64,000 nt of DNA, from the NCBI RefSeq assembly GCF_037042905.1, contig NC_087246.1:7070001-7134000 (forward strand), read 5' to 3'. Below are positions 1 through 12,213 of this stretch, piece by piece. The number at the start of each line of letters is the position of its first letter. Position 1 is the stretch's first letter. The translations under genes and the position numbers were made by a program. The notes under the pieces were generated by a model. It worked only from the letters and a program-made list of their open reading frames with translations, did not search any database and was not told the DNA's origin. This DNA comes from Lytechinus pictus. Lineage: Eukaryota.

Positions 1-95
1 AAGTCATTGAACAGCTTTTTGAAGCACCACCCTGGTTCATACTAAAATAATCATTAAGGTAGGGATTCAGAGCCTTGGTTTAAATGAAGTCATAC

Positions 96-256
96 CTGAT
101 CACAGTAAAATGCAATTGATCCTACATTGGTGGCGCCAACGGCAGTCAGGGAGAAAAAGCCATATTGCCACTCTCCGGTGATACACACCCTCTCATTGTA
201 GTTGAATAGACCTCTTACCCATCTAGCAATACCAGGATTAACAGACAACAGTTCAC
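96..256 (-). CDS. PISD: PISD exon 7 (GELLSVNP…NERV…VGATNVGSI); the final exon with the self-cleavage motif lies beyond the window start
   Basis: GxLxSVNP, NERV and VGATNVGSI motifs; GCAG| acceptor and |GTATG donor; 161 nt. Confidence 0.96.
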
Positions 257-919
257 CTGCAAAAAGACACAACATTACATCAGTTAGTACTCCTGACAGT
301 ACAATTAACTCTAGGAATATGAGGACAGTCATTAACTATTTTGGTATAATCACATCAAGGTGCTTACTCAAGCAGTACAACAAGAAAAGGATATAGTATG
401 TCCACTGGATCAATGAACTCAAGCTGTAGATGTAAACATCATCCAAATCCATACAGTTCAAGCTACACACTTTACACCTATTGATCCCAATACTTTAGGC
501 AACATACAATGTAACCTGCACTTCAGCTTTCATGCAATGACATTTGGACAACGAACTGAAAGTAAGGGAGTTTCAGTCAGGAGTCATTGTAAAGGGTACT
601 AAAGCAGTTAACTCACCAAAATTGGCACAAGAACAGACTCAAACGAATCCTAATTTGTCTTAGGGGTAATGTTGAAAACCAAATGCCAAAAAAGATGGCG
701 AGTTCAAGCTACATCAATTCCAGGACAATTCCACTACTACTTGAGTGTACATGTATTTCATGTGCGTACATACATATACAGCACATGCAGTGGAAAAGAT
801 ATACATGCATATATTGCCAAGGGTTGAACCCAGCTGACTTATTGTGCGATATTACTGACAGTAATTCTAACATAGTGGTTAGGGAGAATTAGAGAGAGGC
901 CTTCTTGATAGTAATATAC

Positions 920-1064
920 CTGGAAAGTGTCTTCTATGATGTGCAGTCCAGTTGGTTGGTGAATGGAACCTATGGTAGTCACCTGGTGCTAGGTAAATCA
1001 CACAATGATAAAGACTAGTGCCCTCTTTCTGACATAGAGAAGAATGATAGTCCTCATCAGATAC
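920..1064 (-). CDS. PISD: PISD exon 6 (…[22 protein letters not shown]…RRHFP)
   Basis: Diagnostic [13 protein letters not shown] motif; AG/GT boundaries; 145 nt. Confidence 0.96.
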
Positions 1065-1502
1065 CTAACAAAGTAGAGGAAAAAACAAGGATTTACTATC
1101 ACTGTAGCATATGGGTTCCATAACAAGAAAGAGGAACTAAAGGGTATTTTATACAAATACTAGAAAACTGAAACTACAACATGAACTTGTAATATCCTGG
1201 TATTTATTTCTATTTGTATACATCTCTACTTGTATAGATTGTGTGCTTTGCTATGTGATTCTTCGTTATTTATATTTTCTCACTTTCCAATAAAAATGCA
1301 ATATAATATAAATTGAATTTTAGACATGACAATTGCTTTTTAAAATGTTCTTGCAAAGGACTAGTCAATATCTTCATCAAGACAAAATCACCCTGGACAT
1401 ACTTCCAATCTAACCTTACTAAATGCATCACCTGCACTCTAAATTGTTATTCTAGTCAAGCATGGTACTGATCACCAAAGAAGGAAATGCTTTCATTTAT
1501 AC

Positions 1503-1646
1503 CTCATACTTGCCATCTACAGCATCTGTGATTGTAGACCTTGGTCCTAAGAATTCTTTGAGAGAGTAGGTGACTCCTTTGACTTGCTCTAGCTTGCTCT
1601 TCTCTACTTTACCAAAGTGGAGGACCCTACCATCACAAGGGCTCAC
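1503..1646 (-). CDS. PISD: PISD exon 5 ([12 protein letters not shown]...[15 protein letters not shown]...KYE)
   Basis: SPxDG and QVKGxxYSL motifs; TTCAG| acceptor; phase-0 donor GAG|GTATAA. Confidence 0.93.
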
Positions 1647-3380
1647 CTGAATGGGGTAATGAAAAAAAAAACATACAAATAAGTGGGGTCTTCAAAAATC
1701 AAGGAGAAATTTTTCCAAACTTCTGTTCACATGTGACAAACATTTTTAGGAAGTGGGTAACGGTTGTCCGTTGTTGTTTTCAGATTTTTCTAGTTTCCGC
1801 TGTCCCCACAATTACATATAAATGCTGGCAGTAATTATTCAAAGTATCGAAAGCTGTTTGCATCCTCTCAAAATTACATCATATAGAGAAAACATAATCT
1901 GAAATGCTCTGCAAAATGTAAATAAATCAGCTGATGCGATTTTGTTTTTGACCAGTCACTTTCTAGAAGAATCAATCAATATTGACACAATAAAACATGG
2001 AAATGAGGCTTATTGTATTCCACAGTGGTGCTAAACAAAGAAATATTGCAAGAGGCAGAACATTCTAACATGTGTAACGGAAATGCAGAAATTTAACAAG
2101 CCTGCAAAAATAGAAATGTGTAAACTCAAGACTGGCTAATAGTATCTATATGCAGAACCAGTGATAATTTCTTAGTCTGTGTCATAAGAATCCTAACTTC
2201 TATGAAAAAAAATAATAACCTGAAGTGCAAAAAAATCAAAGTGGCAGGATAAATATATCCAGGTGAAATATGCTCATCTTGAAAGGCTTTGCCATACAAG
2301 CAGAGTATCTACATGTAACATTGTATGCATATATACATGTATGTACAATGTACATGTATGCCTGTCCGTTTTTTATTGGAGATGCGGGGTCAATTAAAGG
2401 AAGCATTGAAATCCCAACTACAAATGAACAACGAAGCAAATAGTACGAATAAATGGCATCCTCTGAATTGAGTTGACTGTGATACAAGTCAACACCCATT
2501 CTACAGAAAGTAATATTTCATCCATGCTTTACTAGTCTTGTATTTAGTCATGAAATTTCTGTCTTTCTCCTGTAGATGCAGATTTGTGTTTTCATGTTCA
2601 GGTATTCGCATACTATAATTGTTAAACAGGGGAAAAGGCATTTTCTATTAAAAACCTAATCTTATTAAACCATGATCTGTTATCATTGCTCCTGATTAGC
2701 TGCTAGGTCTGGGTTGGTTGTGGCTTAAAACAAAGAGTTAAAAAAAAACAGTGGTAAATGTACACTTGCAAAATGATAACAAATTAGTCCTTCAAACATT
2801 CTTCACTAGATCCTATGTGATTCTGTGTCAAGTAGTATTCATTCATAATTGAAGGAGGCAAAAAAAAGAAGAAAAAAAACACATGACCTTACTCAAACAA
2901 GGCATGACGAACCTTGGGGTGCATTGATCAAGCACTGAATGTGAATGTCACCTGTAGGTTAATTTTTATATAATTATGTAAATAATATTTAAAAGAGGGT
3001 TTCAACTTTCAAATCAACATCAAAGTCCACATTTACATTATACTTTATGAAGTCACACGAGCGATGAGTTTGCAATTACACAACTCAAATTGAGATTGAA
3101 TCAAATTTATTACATGATTTTTTACATGGAAGTTATAAATTTATGGTGGTTCATAAAGCCTTGCTAGAAATTTGCAAAATACACAATTACTGATACACAT
3201 AAGCTACATGCAAGGATGCTTTCAAAAAGGGAAGAAGGCTTTCTCCAAGTTTTGATCTCTAGCGAGTTGACAAACATGCACAAATGTAAGTGACACTTGC
3301 ACAAACTTTAGAGTGCACAATGTCATTCAATTATAATAGGATATCAAACTAGTTACAAATCATTTATCATGTCAATTAAA

Positions 3381-4376
3381 AACAAGGCAAAAGTGATTTT
3401 GTGTCTCGCCCACTTATGAAAATAACCAGAAATATCGTGATTTGCGAGGGCACGCAACAGACTTGTATCGAAACTTCATTGTGAAATGACTGGGATGGAA
3501 TAACACTTGTCATAAAAGCTTTGCACGTAAACTTTAAAGTTGACCTGAAAATGACCTTTGACCTTACCATGTGACCTCCGACTGCAGCCTAACAAGCAGG
3601 TTGCCTAAGTACATCTACCATCCAAGTTTGGTTGAAAAGTGACATACGGTTGCGGAGTTAGGTGTCATAAGAAAGTCTTGCATGTAAACTTTAACGTTTA
3701 CCTGAAAATGACCTTTGACCTTACCATGTGACCTCCGATTGCAGCAAAAGATGCACGTCCCACAAGTCCATCTACCACCCAAGTTTGGTTGAAAAGTGAC
3801 TTACTGTTGCGGAGTTAGGTGTCATAAGAGTCTTGCATGTAAACTTTAACGTTGACCTGAAAATGACCTTTGACCTTACCATGTGACCTCCAACTGCAGC
3901 CTAACATGCAGGTCCCCCAAGTCCATCTACCATCCAAGTTTGGTTGAAAAGTGACTTACGTTGCGGAGTTAGGTGTCATATTAAAAGAGAGTCTTGCATG
4001 TAAACTTTAATGTTGACCTGAAAATGACCTTTGACCTTACCATGTGACCTCTGACTGCAGCAGAAGATACAAGTCCCCTTAGTCCATCTACCATCCAAGT
4101 TTGGTTGAAAAGTGACTTACGGTTGCGGAGTTAGGTGTCATAAGAGAGTCTTGCATGTAAACTTTAACGTTGACCTGAAAATGACCTTTGACCTTACCAT
4201 GTGACCTCCGACTGCAGCATAACATGCAGGTCCCCCAAGTCCATCTACCATCCAAGTTTAGTTGAAAAGCGACTTACGGTTGTGGAGTTATGTGTCATTA
4301 GGGTTGTGACGGACGGACGACAGACGACATTTGGATCCCTAAGTCTCGCCTTCACCTCTGGTGGGCGAGACAAAAA
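3381..4376. mobile_element. Helentron/HINE-like non-autonomous element with about 5 central tandem repeats of ~157 bp
   Basis: Subterminal IR TGTCTCGCCCAC / GTGGGCGAGACA, 3' hairpin GTCTCGCC…GGCGAGAC, GACG microsatellite; repeat units at 3546, 3703, 3858, 4019, 4176. Confidence 0.75.
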
Positions 4377-5232
4377 TGCATTTCCTGAAGAGGGATATTT
4401 GAATCATTTCTAATTTTTTTTGAGGGCCATCATATGAGACTTTTATCAATCCAATGTTTCATTCCATCTACATATAAAACATAAGAAGGGGGTAAACATT
4501 GGCCAACATTTATATTCACGTAGACCTTTATGTTGGTATATTATTAAGACTCGAGTTACACATGCCCAGAATACACACATCTATTTAGATTACTACTTTT
4601 TATAATACATGTAGTACTTAACATGTACATCAGTAATATTGGCAGCAAATAAAATTCAATTTATGTAGAGCTCAAGTAGTATTTATGTTCCCTATTGGAT
4701 TATAATTTTCAATACTTTTTAAGAATAATTTTCTGTAGGCCTAATTTAAAAAATATTTGATGAGACCTAAATGATACAGGGGGGTGACAAGAATCATGGT
4801 TATTTTTATTTCGCCTTTTTGTCTGCCTTGTGGAGAGGTTTCCTCAATTTCTTCACAAAATGATTAATTTGTCATTGAGATATTATCATATTAATATTAA
4901 AGTTGGGCTCCTTGCATATAATTAAACATGTAATAACGAGTTCAGCAAGTAAAGTTGAGTGGGGCTAACTCTTAATATGCAAGTGGAACAAGTAAGCTTC
5001 ATAGACCACGAACATAGACCCTACTACATGTATAACACATTCAGCAAATGTAATCAACTTTAATTAGTAGGCCAATTACTTACAGGGAATGCAGGATATC
5101 AAATCTGATCGGAATATCAGAATCATTTAACACTAAGAAGAATAAAAAACAACAACAAAACATACATGAACATGTGTACATGTAGATGCACTGCTGTCTG
5201 CTTCTTAGGCTTTTAAAAGTTACTGTACTCAC

Positions 5233-5469
5233 CAATGTGTGATGTGCATCTACTGGCCTTACATCCGGCTTGAGTTCTCGCATAAAAAACTCTTGGAGAT
5301 TCTTGTACTGCTTGAAATCTTCTACAAGTGCCTCACTTAGGTTACAGTTGAAAAGTCGTGCATAGAGACCGTACATGGGAGCGCGAAGAAAGAGCGGTAC
5401 CTCAACACTATTTACTTGACCCCATAACCTGGATAATGATCGGAATGGTACGATGCGGTACAAATTGAC
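5233..5469 (-). CDS. PISD: PISD exon 4 (VNLYRIVPFRSLSRLWG...FFMRELKPDVRPVDAHHTL)
   Basis: CTCTAG| acceptor and |GTGAGT donor; 237 nt; conserved SRxWG and FFxRxLK..RP motifs. Confidence 0.95.
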
Positions 5470-6135
5470 CTAGAGATGGAGAGGAGTTTAAAAAAAGAAA
5501 ATCATTTTCATTGAATTGTCTACAACAAATCAACAGTTATATAGAAAGGTAAATTTAGTCTAAAGAAAAGTGACACAATACAAATTAGTATATTGGTGTT
5601 TGGTGCAGGTGTTAGTATTGAAGCACAATCTTGATTGCCTTACATAGATTGAGCAGGCAGAACATTGACCTTAACTCCAAGTAAGACTGTCCAATCCCAA
5701 GACAAATCTTTTTTTTTTGGTGCTGCACTGATGTAAAATATTTGGAATCACCCATTGCAGAGTCTAAAATTGCTTACTTCTTCCTTAAGTAAATGACATA
5801 GATCTAGCAAAAACACAAAGGGAACAATGGACACTTTGGCAATATTTTGAAATGCTCAATTTCATACACAGGGAAGGGCATCAATTAGCATTGGGTAGTT
5901 AAACTTTCAGATATCGACACAGGGTTGTAAACATATGTAAATTCATGCAGTAAAACAAACAGATCTACACTATTTAAAAAGAGCAGCCAGTAGGGTGTTG
6001 TTCACCCAGTGTATTGCACATTTGCACTTCACTCATTAGGTCAATTGAAGTTTCAGCTGACATAATTTATAATGAACACTGTAATTCTCAAGACTAATAC
6101 TCAAGTATGATGGAGAAAAGAGCAGACTACACATA

Positions 6136-7190
6136 CAATCAACCAAAAAATTACACGGGGGCGGCGGGCGAATTCGCCCCGGAAAGTCCAAAAAGAGCCC
6201 CGGAAAAGGGCTAAAAACATTCACACGAGGGCGACTGCAAAACTCATAATCGCCCCCGTCAACACTGTATATTTCACAGTGGCAAATTGTCCATAGACTG
6301 TGTACAACGAATAGACCGTCTCGGCTCAGCGAATCGGAGACCGCTGATTGGCCAATCGCGCAGATCACGTCATGACTACGTGGTCGCCAAAATAATTCCT
6401 TCGGACTGCGTGCGAAAGTATCGATAGCGATAACAATATCCGGTCACATTGTCAACGCGGGAAATGGTCTTGGTTCGTGATCGGATCGCTTCAGTATCGA
6501 TCGAAAATTATCGAGACTCGGCAATTTCATGCATATTCACGCGACGCTCCGAAACCCGGAAATCAATTGACTTTGTACACGTTGCGATAGACTCTACAAA
6601 CTCCAACGAACACGATGCTATATCAACGCTAATTCGTAAGATTTTGACCGAAAATCAAGAAGTAATCGAAATTCGCTTACCTGTTCGGTATCGGTGAGAA
6701 AATAGATCCTCCGAGAATACCTTTCATAATTCATATAAATTATAGGAAAGTGAAATTCTAGGTCGATTTTGGTACGAGGTGATAGAGTATTGCACACTTG
6801 TTTTGGTGGAATACTGTGTGGGGCTATGGAAGGCTTGCACTGCGCATGCTTACTATATTTTCATTCATTAATTGGCTCTCGGCAGTGGCTGGATGACGTC
6901 ATGTAATAAGCAAAATATACACGCCCGCTAGCGTTGAACGCACCGCATGTACAGTACATCTTGTTAAAGCAGAGCCTGCCCTGCACTGCTGACCAGCATC
7001 CCTTCAATGTGGCACACACACACACACCCTCACACACACACACGCAAAAAAGCCGCGAAATAGCTCCAGAAATTGTAGCCCTGGAAAGTGGAAAAAGAGC
7101 CCTGGAAAATGAAAAAGTAGCCCTGGAAAATTTTTAAGTTTCTCCAAAAAGAGCCCTGGAAAGAAAAAAAGTAATTTTTTGGTTGGGTTG
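6136..7190. mobile_element. Non-autonomous TIR DNA transposon with a CpG-rich interior
   Basis: CAATCAACCAAAAAATTAC / GTAATTTTTTGGTTGGGTTG termini, CATA flanking both ends, subterminal GCCCYGGAAA repeats. Confidence 0.7.
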
Positions 7191-10100
7191 CATACAATGT
7201 AGATGATTGACAAGATACACTATTTTTTAAAGTAAAATAAAGCTTTCACAAATGATAAAAACTATAACAATTTGAATATTTGGAACAGATTTGTGGTAAA
7301 TATTCTAAAAATTACCAAGAAGAAAGATATCACAATACACACTAAAAATGAAAATTCTGTTAGTGTTTTCCAAACACCTACTGATTTCCCCACCAGAACC
7401 GGAAGGGGGTCCTAAAATTATGCAAAGAAATTGTACATTTCCTGTGCCTCAATCTCTAAAATATGTTGATAGATAAATTTTTTGTAGGAAAATTAAACTC
7501 CAAAACTTTAATTTTAATTTCTGCATTTTGTGATAACAGCCTACATGTACAATGTATGCAGAAATCTGAACAGGAATTCTTTGTCACACTGCAGTCACAG
7601 CTCCATACATGTACATCAAGTGTACATTTTGCCACTGAAATTTATCGGCAATGAGTGGTGCATATAGCTTTAGGACCCTTACCATACAATCGGCTGTTCC
7701 GCTGAACAACATTGGCTAACTTTAATGGGGAAAAATTCAAGAAAAGACGTTTATTTTATCTCTATGTCCTACTTTAGTTTGAATAACTTACAATTTAATA
7801 GGCCCAAAGGGGAATTGGTGGTGGTTTGATGAAAATCCATCAAAGAATAAGATACAAGTAGCTATGAATTTTTAACTTAATTTGTGACATCATGTGCAAA
7901 GCAGCCCCCCCCCCTATTTAGATCTAGACCTACATGTGCATGTAGATCTACATTCCAATGAAGTATTCTTCTTATGATGCATCTGATGATACATGTATAT
8001 GCGTCTGATGATACATACAAATAAAGTCACTGTCAATTTTTATTCTGTATTAGACCTCTTAACGTAAGCATATTCTTTGGTAGACAGTTGGCAGCCGTCT
8101 GTTTCGAGTTTTTCAACATTTTTAATGTTTTTTAATTTCTCCTCGTACACAGACGGCTCGCTATCATGCAGCCACCATTAGGGGGTTAACAATGCAAAAT
8201 CCCCCCGACGGGGCTCGTCGATTTTTGTCTGTATTTCATAAAAATATATAAAAAGAAGTTAAAGAACAGTACCAAAATAAAGATTATTATTCCGTTTTGG
8301 CCTGAAATGCACCATAACAGGGAAAAATAAACTTAAAAGGGGAAAAAAACAGTGACTTATTTCGGCTGTCGTGCAACTTCACTTCCCTGTTTTATCCAAA
8401 CTTAATAAATACATAAACATATGGCCAATGAGTCCCCTGTACAGATCGAGTTAGAACTTTGGTCTCTGCATTTGGTGAGTGGAGCCAACGTAGTTTAGCG
8501 GAACAACTAACATACAGAGACTGAAGCTTTTGGTCTAATTTTTTGCTACAATTTCATCAAACCTTCATTTCAGTTTCACCTTGGGCATATAATTTTCTCT
8601 ATTTTCTGCTATTATTTAGATTTAAACCATCTTCTAATCAGGGTGACCTTCCCCTTTCATAAATATTTTAAATTCTCTTCTTAGATTTAGAATCGGGGTC
8701 TAGATTTTAACAACAACAACAACATAGATTTTAAAATCTAACAAAATCACTCACAAAGAAATTCCTGTAAGCCGTAAATTGCTCCTCTGCATAATCAAAG
8801 TCACTGTCTATTAAATTATCCTTGGCCTCATTATTGAAACTTGAAGATTTTTGTGACTCCTCACTGTCTCCCAAATCAATATCTTCATCTTCTGCCGACT
8901 CCGGGACTCGAATCTTAACGTCCAAAAATTCACACCATGGCAACAAAATGTATCCGATTCGTAGACAAGCTTTGTATGGATTCACCCGTTTTAGGTATGG
9001 TAACTGTCCAACGAAAGGTAGAAAATTAACATAGATGAAATACCATGTCTGTACAGTCAGGAATATGCTCAGGAATGCCGGAATATGTCCGAGAAGAACA
9101 AGAACTTCCATCTTGAAAAAGTCCTTTTCTCCCCTTCGCCTTAGTTCAATTCAATTTCCAAGTCAGGTTCCACTTCCACACACACCGGTATATTTGAAGC
9201 CTAGCGACCGCGCCTACTTTTTTACACGAGGAGCCGGGTTCGGACGGAGTCGGAGACTGTCACTGAAGAGGTAACTTTTCATGCAATTTTCGTGGAAAAT
9301 CACAAACTAATGATAAAAAGAATATACCACATGTATTCCATGACTATTGCTTTTCCTTTAGGTACCTATTCGTGTTTATAAAAATGCCAATGAAAAGGAA
9401 AATATGACATTTAAAGACGGATCGACGTAGGACACTGCTTACCCTCTCAATTCCCGGACGGGAAGACTTGAATAAGGGCGCATGCGCCATTTCTAGGGTT
9501 ATTCTACGTATTCTTTTTCAAGAAGTCACAAACATTCACCAATCAATAAATGAACAATTTGAACAACCTACACAATTAAGTCACTTTTTTTTACGTCAGT
9601 AGTTCAAAAATATAAAGTCTGAGTATTGATATAAAAAGGCAAAGTTAAGGACTGTTAAAAATACTTTCAACAAGTCGCTAGCTTTTTTCACAAAAAAATA
9701 AATACCAGGGAAAAGGCTAGCACCAGCACTCGCAACCGTTTGACCTCTTCGGAAATCACCTCATATGAGCTCGATATGGAAGATCGATAATAGTCTGAAA
9801 TCCAAACCGACATATTTGGATGTACATATATACCATAGAGATGTAATGTATTTCTATAGGAATAATGGGATATACCTAATTTTACTCCCGAAATTAAATC
9901 TATATAACAAAATTGAGACATAAGTTTCCAGAGTTTAAATAAAATAATGATAGTTTTTAGAACAAGAACTTGAACTTATCAATTTGAAATATCATATGTC
10001 CGACTAATTAAATGTCGGGGGCTAATTGTTCCACAATGCAGACTAAAGACTGGAGAATGGTTCGATAGATAGCGGACAGCCAAAACACGTGTAAAACCTT

Positions 10101-10238
10101 GGGGGACCCGATATATTTATCCCCCACTTTTCGGAGATGGGGGGGGGGGGGGGGTCGTGTTCCCAGGGGCGTAACAGGGGGTGGGGGAGGGGCAAGAGCC
10201 AAAGTTTCCCGGTCAAATCATATGAAAAGGATTTTTAA

Positions 10239-10783
10239 AGGACAAGTCCGCCCAACAAAAAGTTGATTTGAATTTTTTTTTAAATCCAACAAGCGTAACA
10301 ATGGAAATTTCGTCAAAATCGGATGTAAAATAAGAAAGTTATGACATTTTAATTTCACAAAAACAGTTATTCTGGTCGGCATGTAAATGAGGAGACAGAT
10401 GACGTCATCCACTCACTATTTCTTTTGTATTTTGTTAAATGAAATATTCCTAATTTTCTCCTCATTGTCAAGTGAAACAAAAATTAATCCTCCCTGTTAG
10501 CATTGTTTAATACTATGGTTCAGTCAAGTTGGTCCAGTTGTCAAATCTGTAAAAAGTGAAATGTTGCATAATTCAATCAATAACAAAAAACAAAAGAAAA
10601 TAGTGAGGGACATCACCGACTGTCTCATTTGCATGTCACTGTTTTGTGAAAATTAAGCAAAGCTTTAAAATGTCAAGTTTTCTTATTCTACATCCGATTA
10701 TCGGATGAAATTTCAGCGTTATATGCAAGTTTGATTTTTCTCTATTTATTCAAATCGACATTTTTCTGAGGTGGACTTGACCT
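10239..10783. mobile_element. TTAA-target (Kolobok-like) MITE family A, copy 1
   Basis: TTAA|AGGACAAGTCC…GGACTTGACCT termini; homologous to the 51117 and 52224 copies. Confidence 0.8.
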
Positions 10784-11538
10784 TCAATGATGGTACGCGA
10801 GCATTTAGCGCGAAACTATATTTGGCAATAGCATGAGGAGTCAAAAATGAGGGGGCACAGCAAAAGTTTCTTAATTAAAGTCCAGAGGGAGCGAAGCGAG
10901 CAAGCAAACTATTTGCCCTTTCATGAAAAATCCAACTTTGTGATAGGTTTTGAAATGATATTCAGAAAACACCTTTTCATTTCATTTTCTTTCTTTTGGC
11001 CTTCTTTTTTTATTAATGTGTCATAGCATCGGGTTGTCGCGTCGGCCGTCTATGGCGGGCCGATGGTGCATTGTACATTACTATTCAACCTTCAAGTAGA
11101 TGTATAGTTGCGTAATTGTACAGTTTTGACCAATCAAAACAAAGGAAACTTTACAACCACGCAACTATACAACTAAACAACTTTACAGCCATGCCTGTAT
11201 AGTTGCCATGTTTGCGGGCCAAAATGACATCTATACAACGTTGCAGCTGTGGATCATAGCTGTATATAGTTGCACAGTGTGTTGTATAGTTTTAACCAAT
11301 CAGAACGGCAACGCGAGAAAATACAGCCATGGCAGTCGAACAGATTTCGCCATAGCAGTTTATGGTTATATAGTTGTAGGCCTACGGTTGCATAATGGCA
11401 CATGCAGTTGTATTATTTTAACCAATCATTACGCGAGAAACCACGCAGCCATGGCCGTCGAACAGATTTTGCCATATAGTAGTTGCGCAGTTGTACGGTT
11501 GCATAGTTGCAGAATGCGAGAAACCATACAGCTATGGA

Positions 11539-12213
11539 CAGGGGCGTCGATCCATTTTTCAGATGGGGCCGGGGGGGCAAAATCATGAATCAACTTTCCA
11601 AAGGCACTCGATCACACAAAACAACTTGAACAAACAAACTCACACACACATAATTATGCCTATATGACTCATGAGATAGAGACACATCTCACCAACAAAT
11701 TAATGCAAGCGCGAGCTGAAATTTCTTTATATTCTGACCTGAAAGCTTAATATTCTTAGCATTTTTGGTACTACTGATTAAGATGGGTATCTAAAAACAA
11801 TAGATGCGAGCGCGAAGCGCGAGCTGAAAATTTTGATATTTCGATCCGAAAAATTTAGTTTAATGGACGTTTTTAATAAAGAACAAGATATATATCCAAC
11901 AAAAGATTATTGCAAATCGAAGTGGGAGTTCTTTTGAGGTCTAGAACTGAAAACGGGACATTCTATTCACCTATTTAATCATAAAAAGTATGGGTTTCTG
12001 CTACAGAAATGATGCGAGCGCGAGCTAAAAAAAATTTATATTCCAATCTGAAAAGCGGACATTTTGAGCACGATTTTAGATAAAGAACGAGTTGTGTATC
12101 TCAATCTCGCTTGCTGATTTCTGTGTAACTTAACAATTTTATTTTATTTTTTGCACATGCGGAATTCATTGGTGGGGCGATCGCCCCCCTGCCCCCCAGG
12201 ATCGACGCCTCTG
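11539..12213. mobile_element. hAT-like MITE
   Basis: TIR CAGGGGCGTCGATCC / GGATCGACGCCTCTG; perfect 8-bp TSD GCTATGGA. Confidence 0.9.

Noticed and set aside
1510..1646. Alternative PISD donor GGCAA|GTATG at 1509
   Set aside because: Gives phase 2, incompatible with the next exon; the donor at 1502 keeps the frame.
8731..9274. 126-aa acidic minus-strand ORF and neighbours, possible transposon-gene exon
   Set aside because: No motif recognised and no consistent exon chain or termini found; needs a BLASTX/HMM search.
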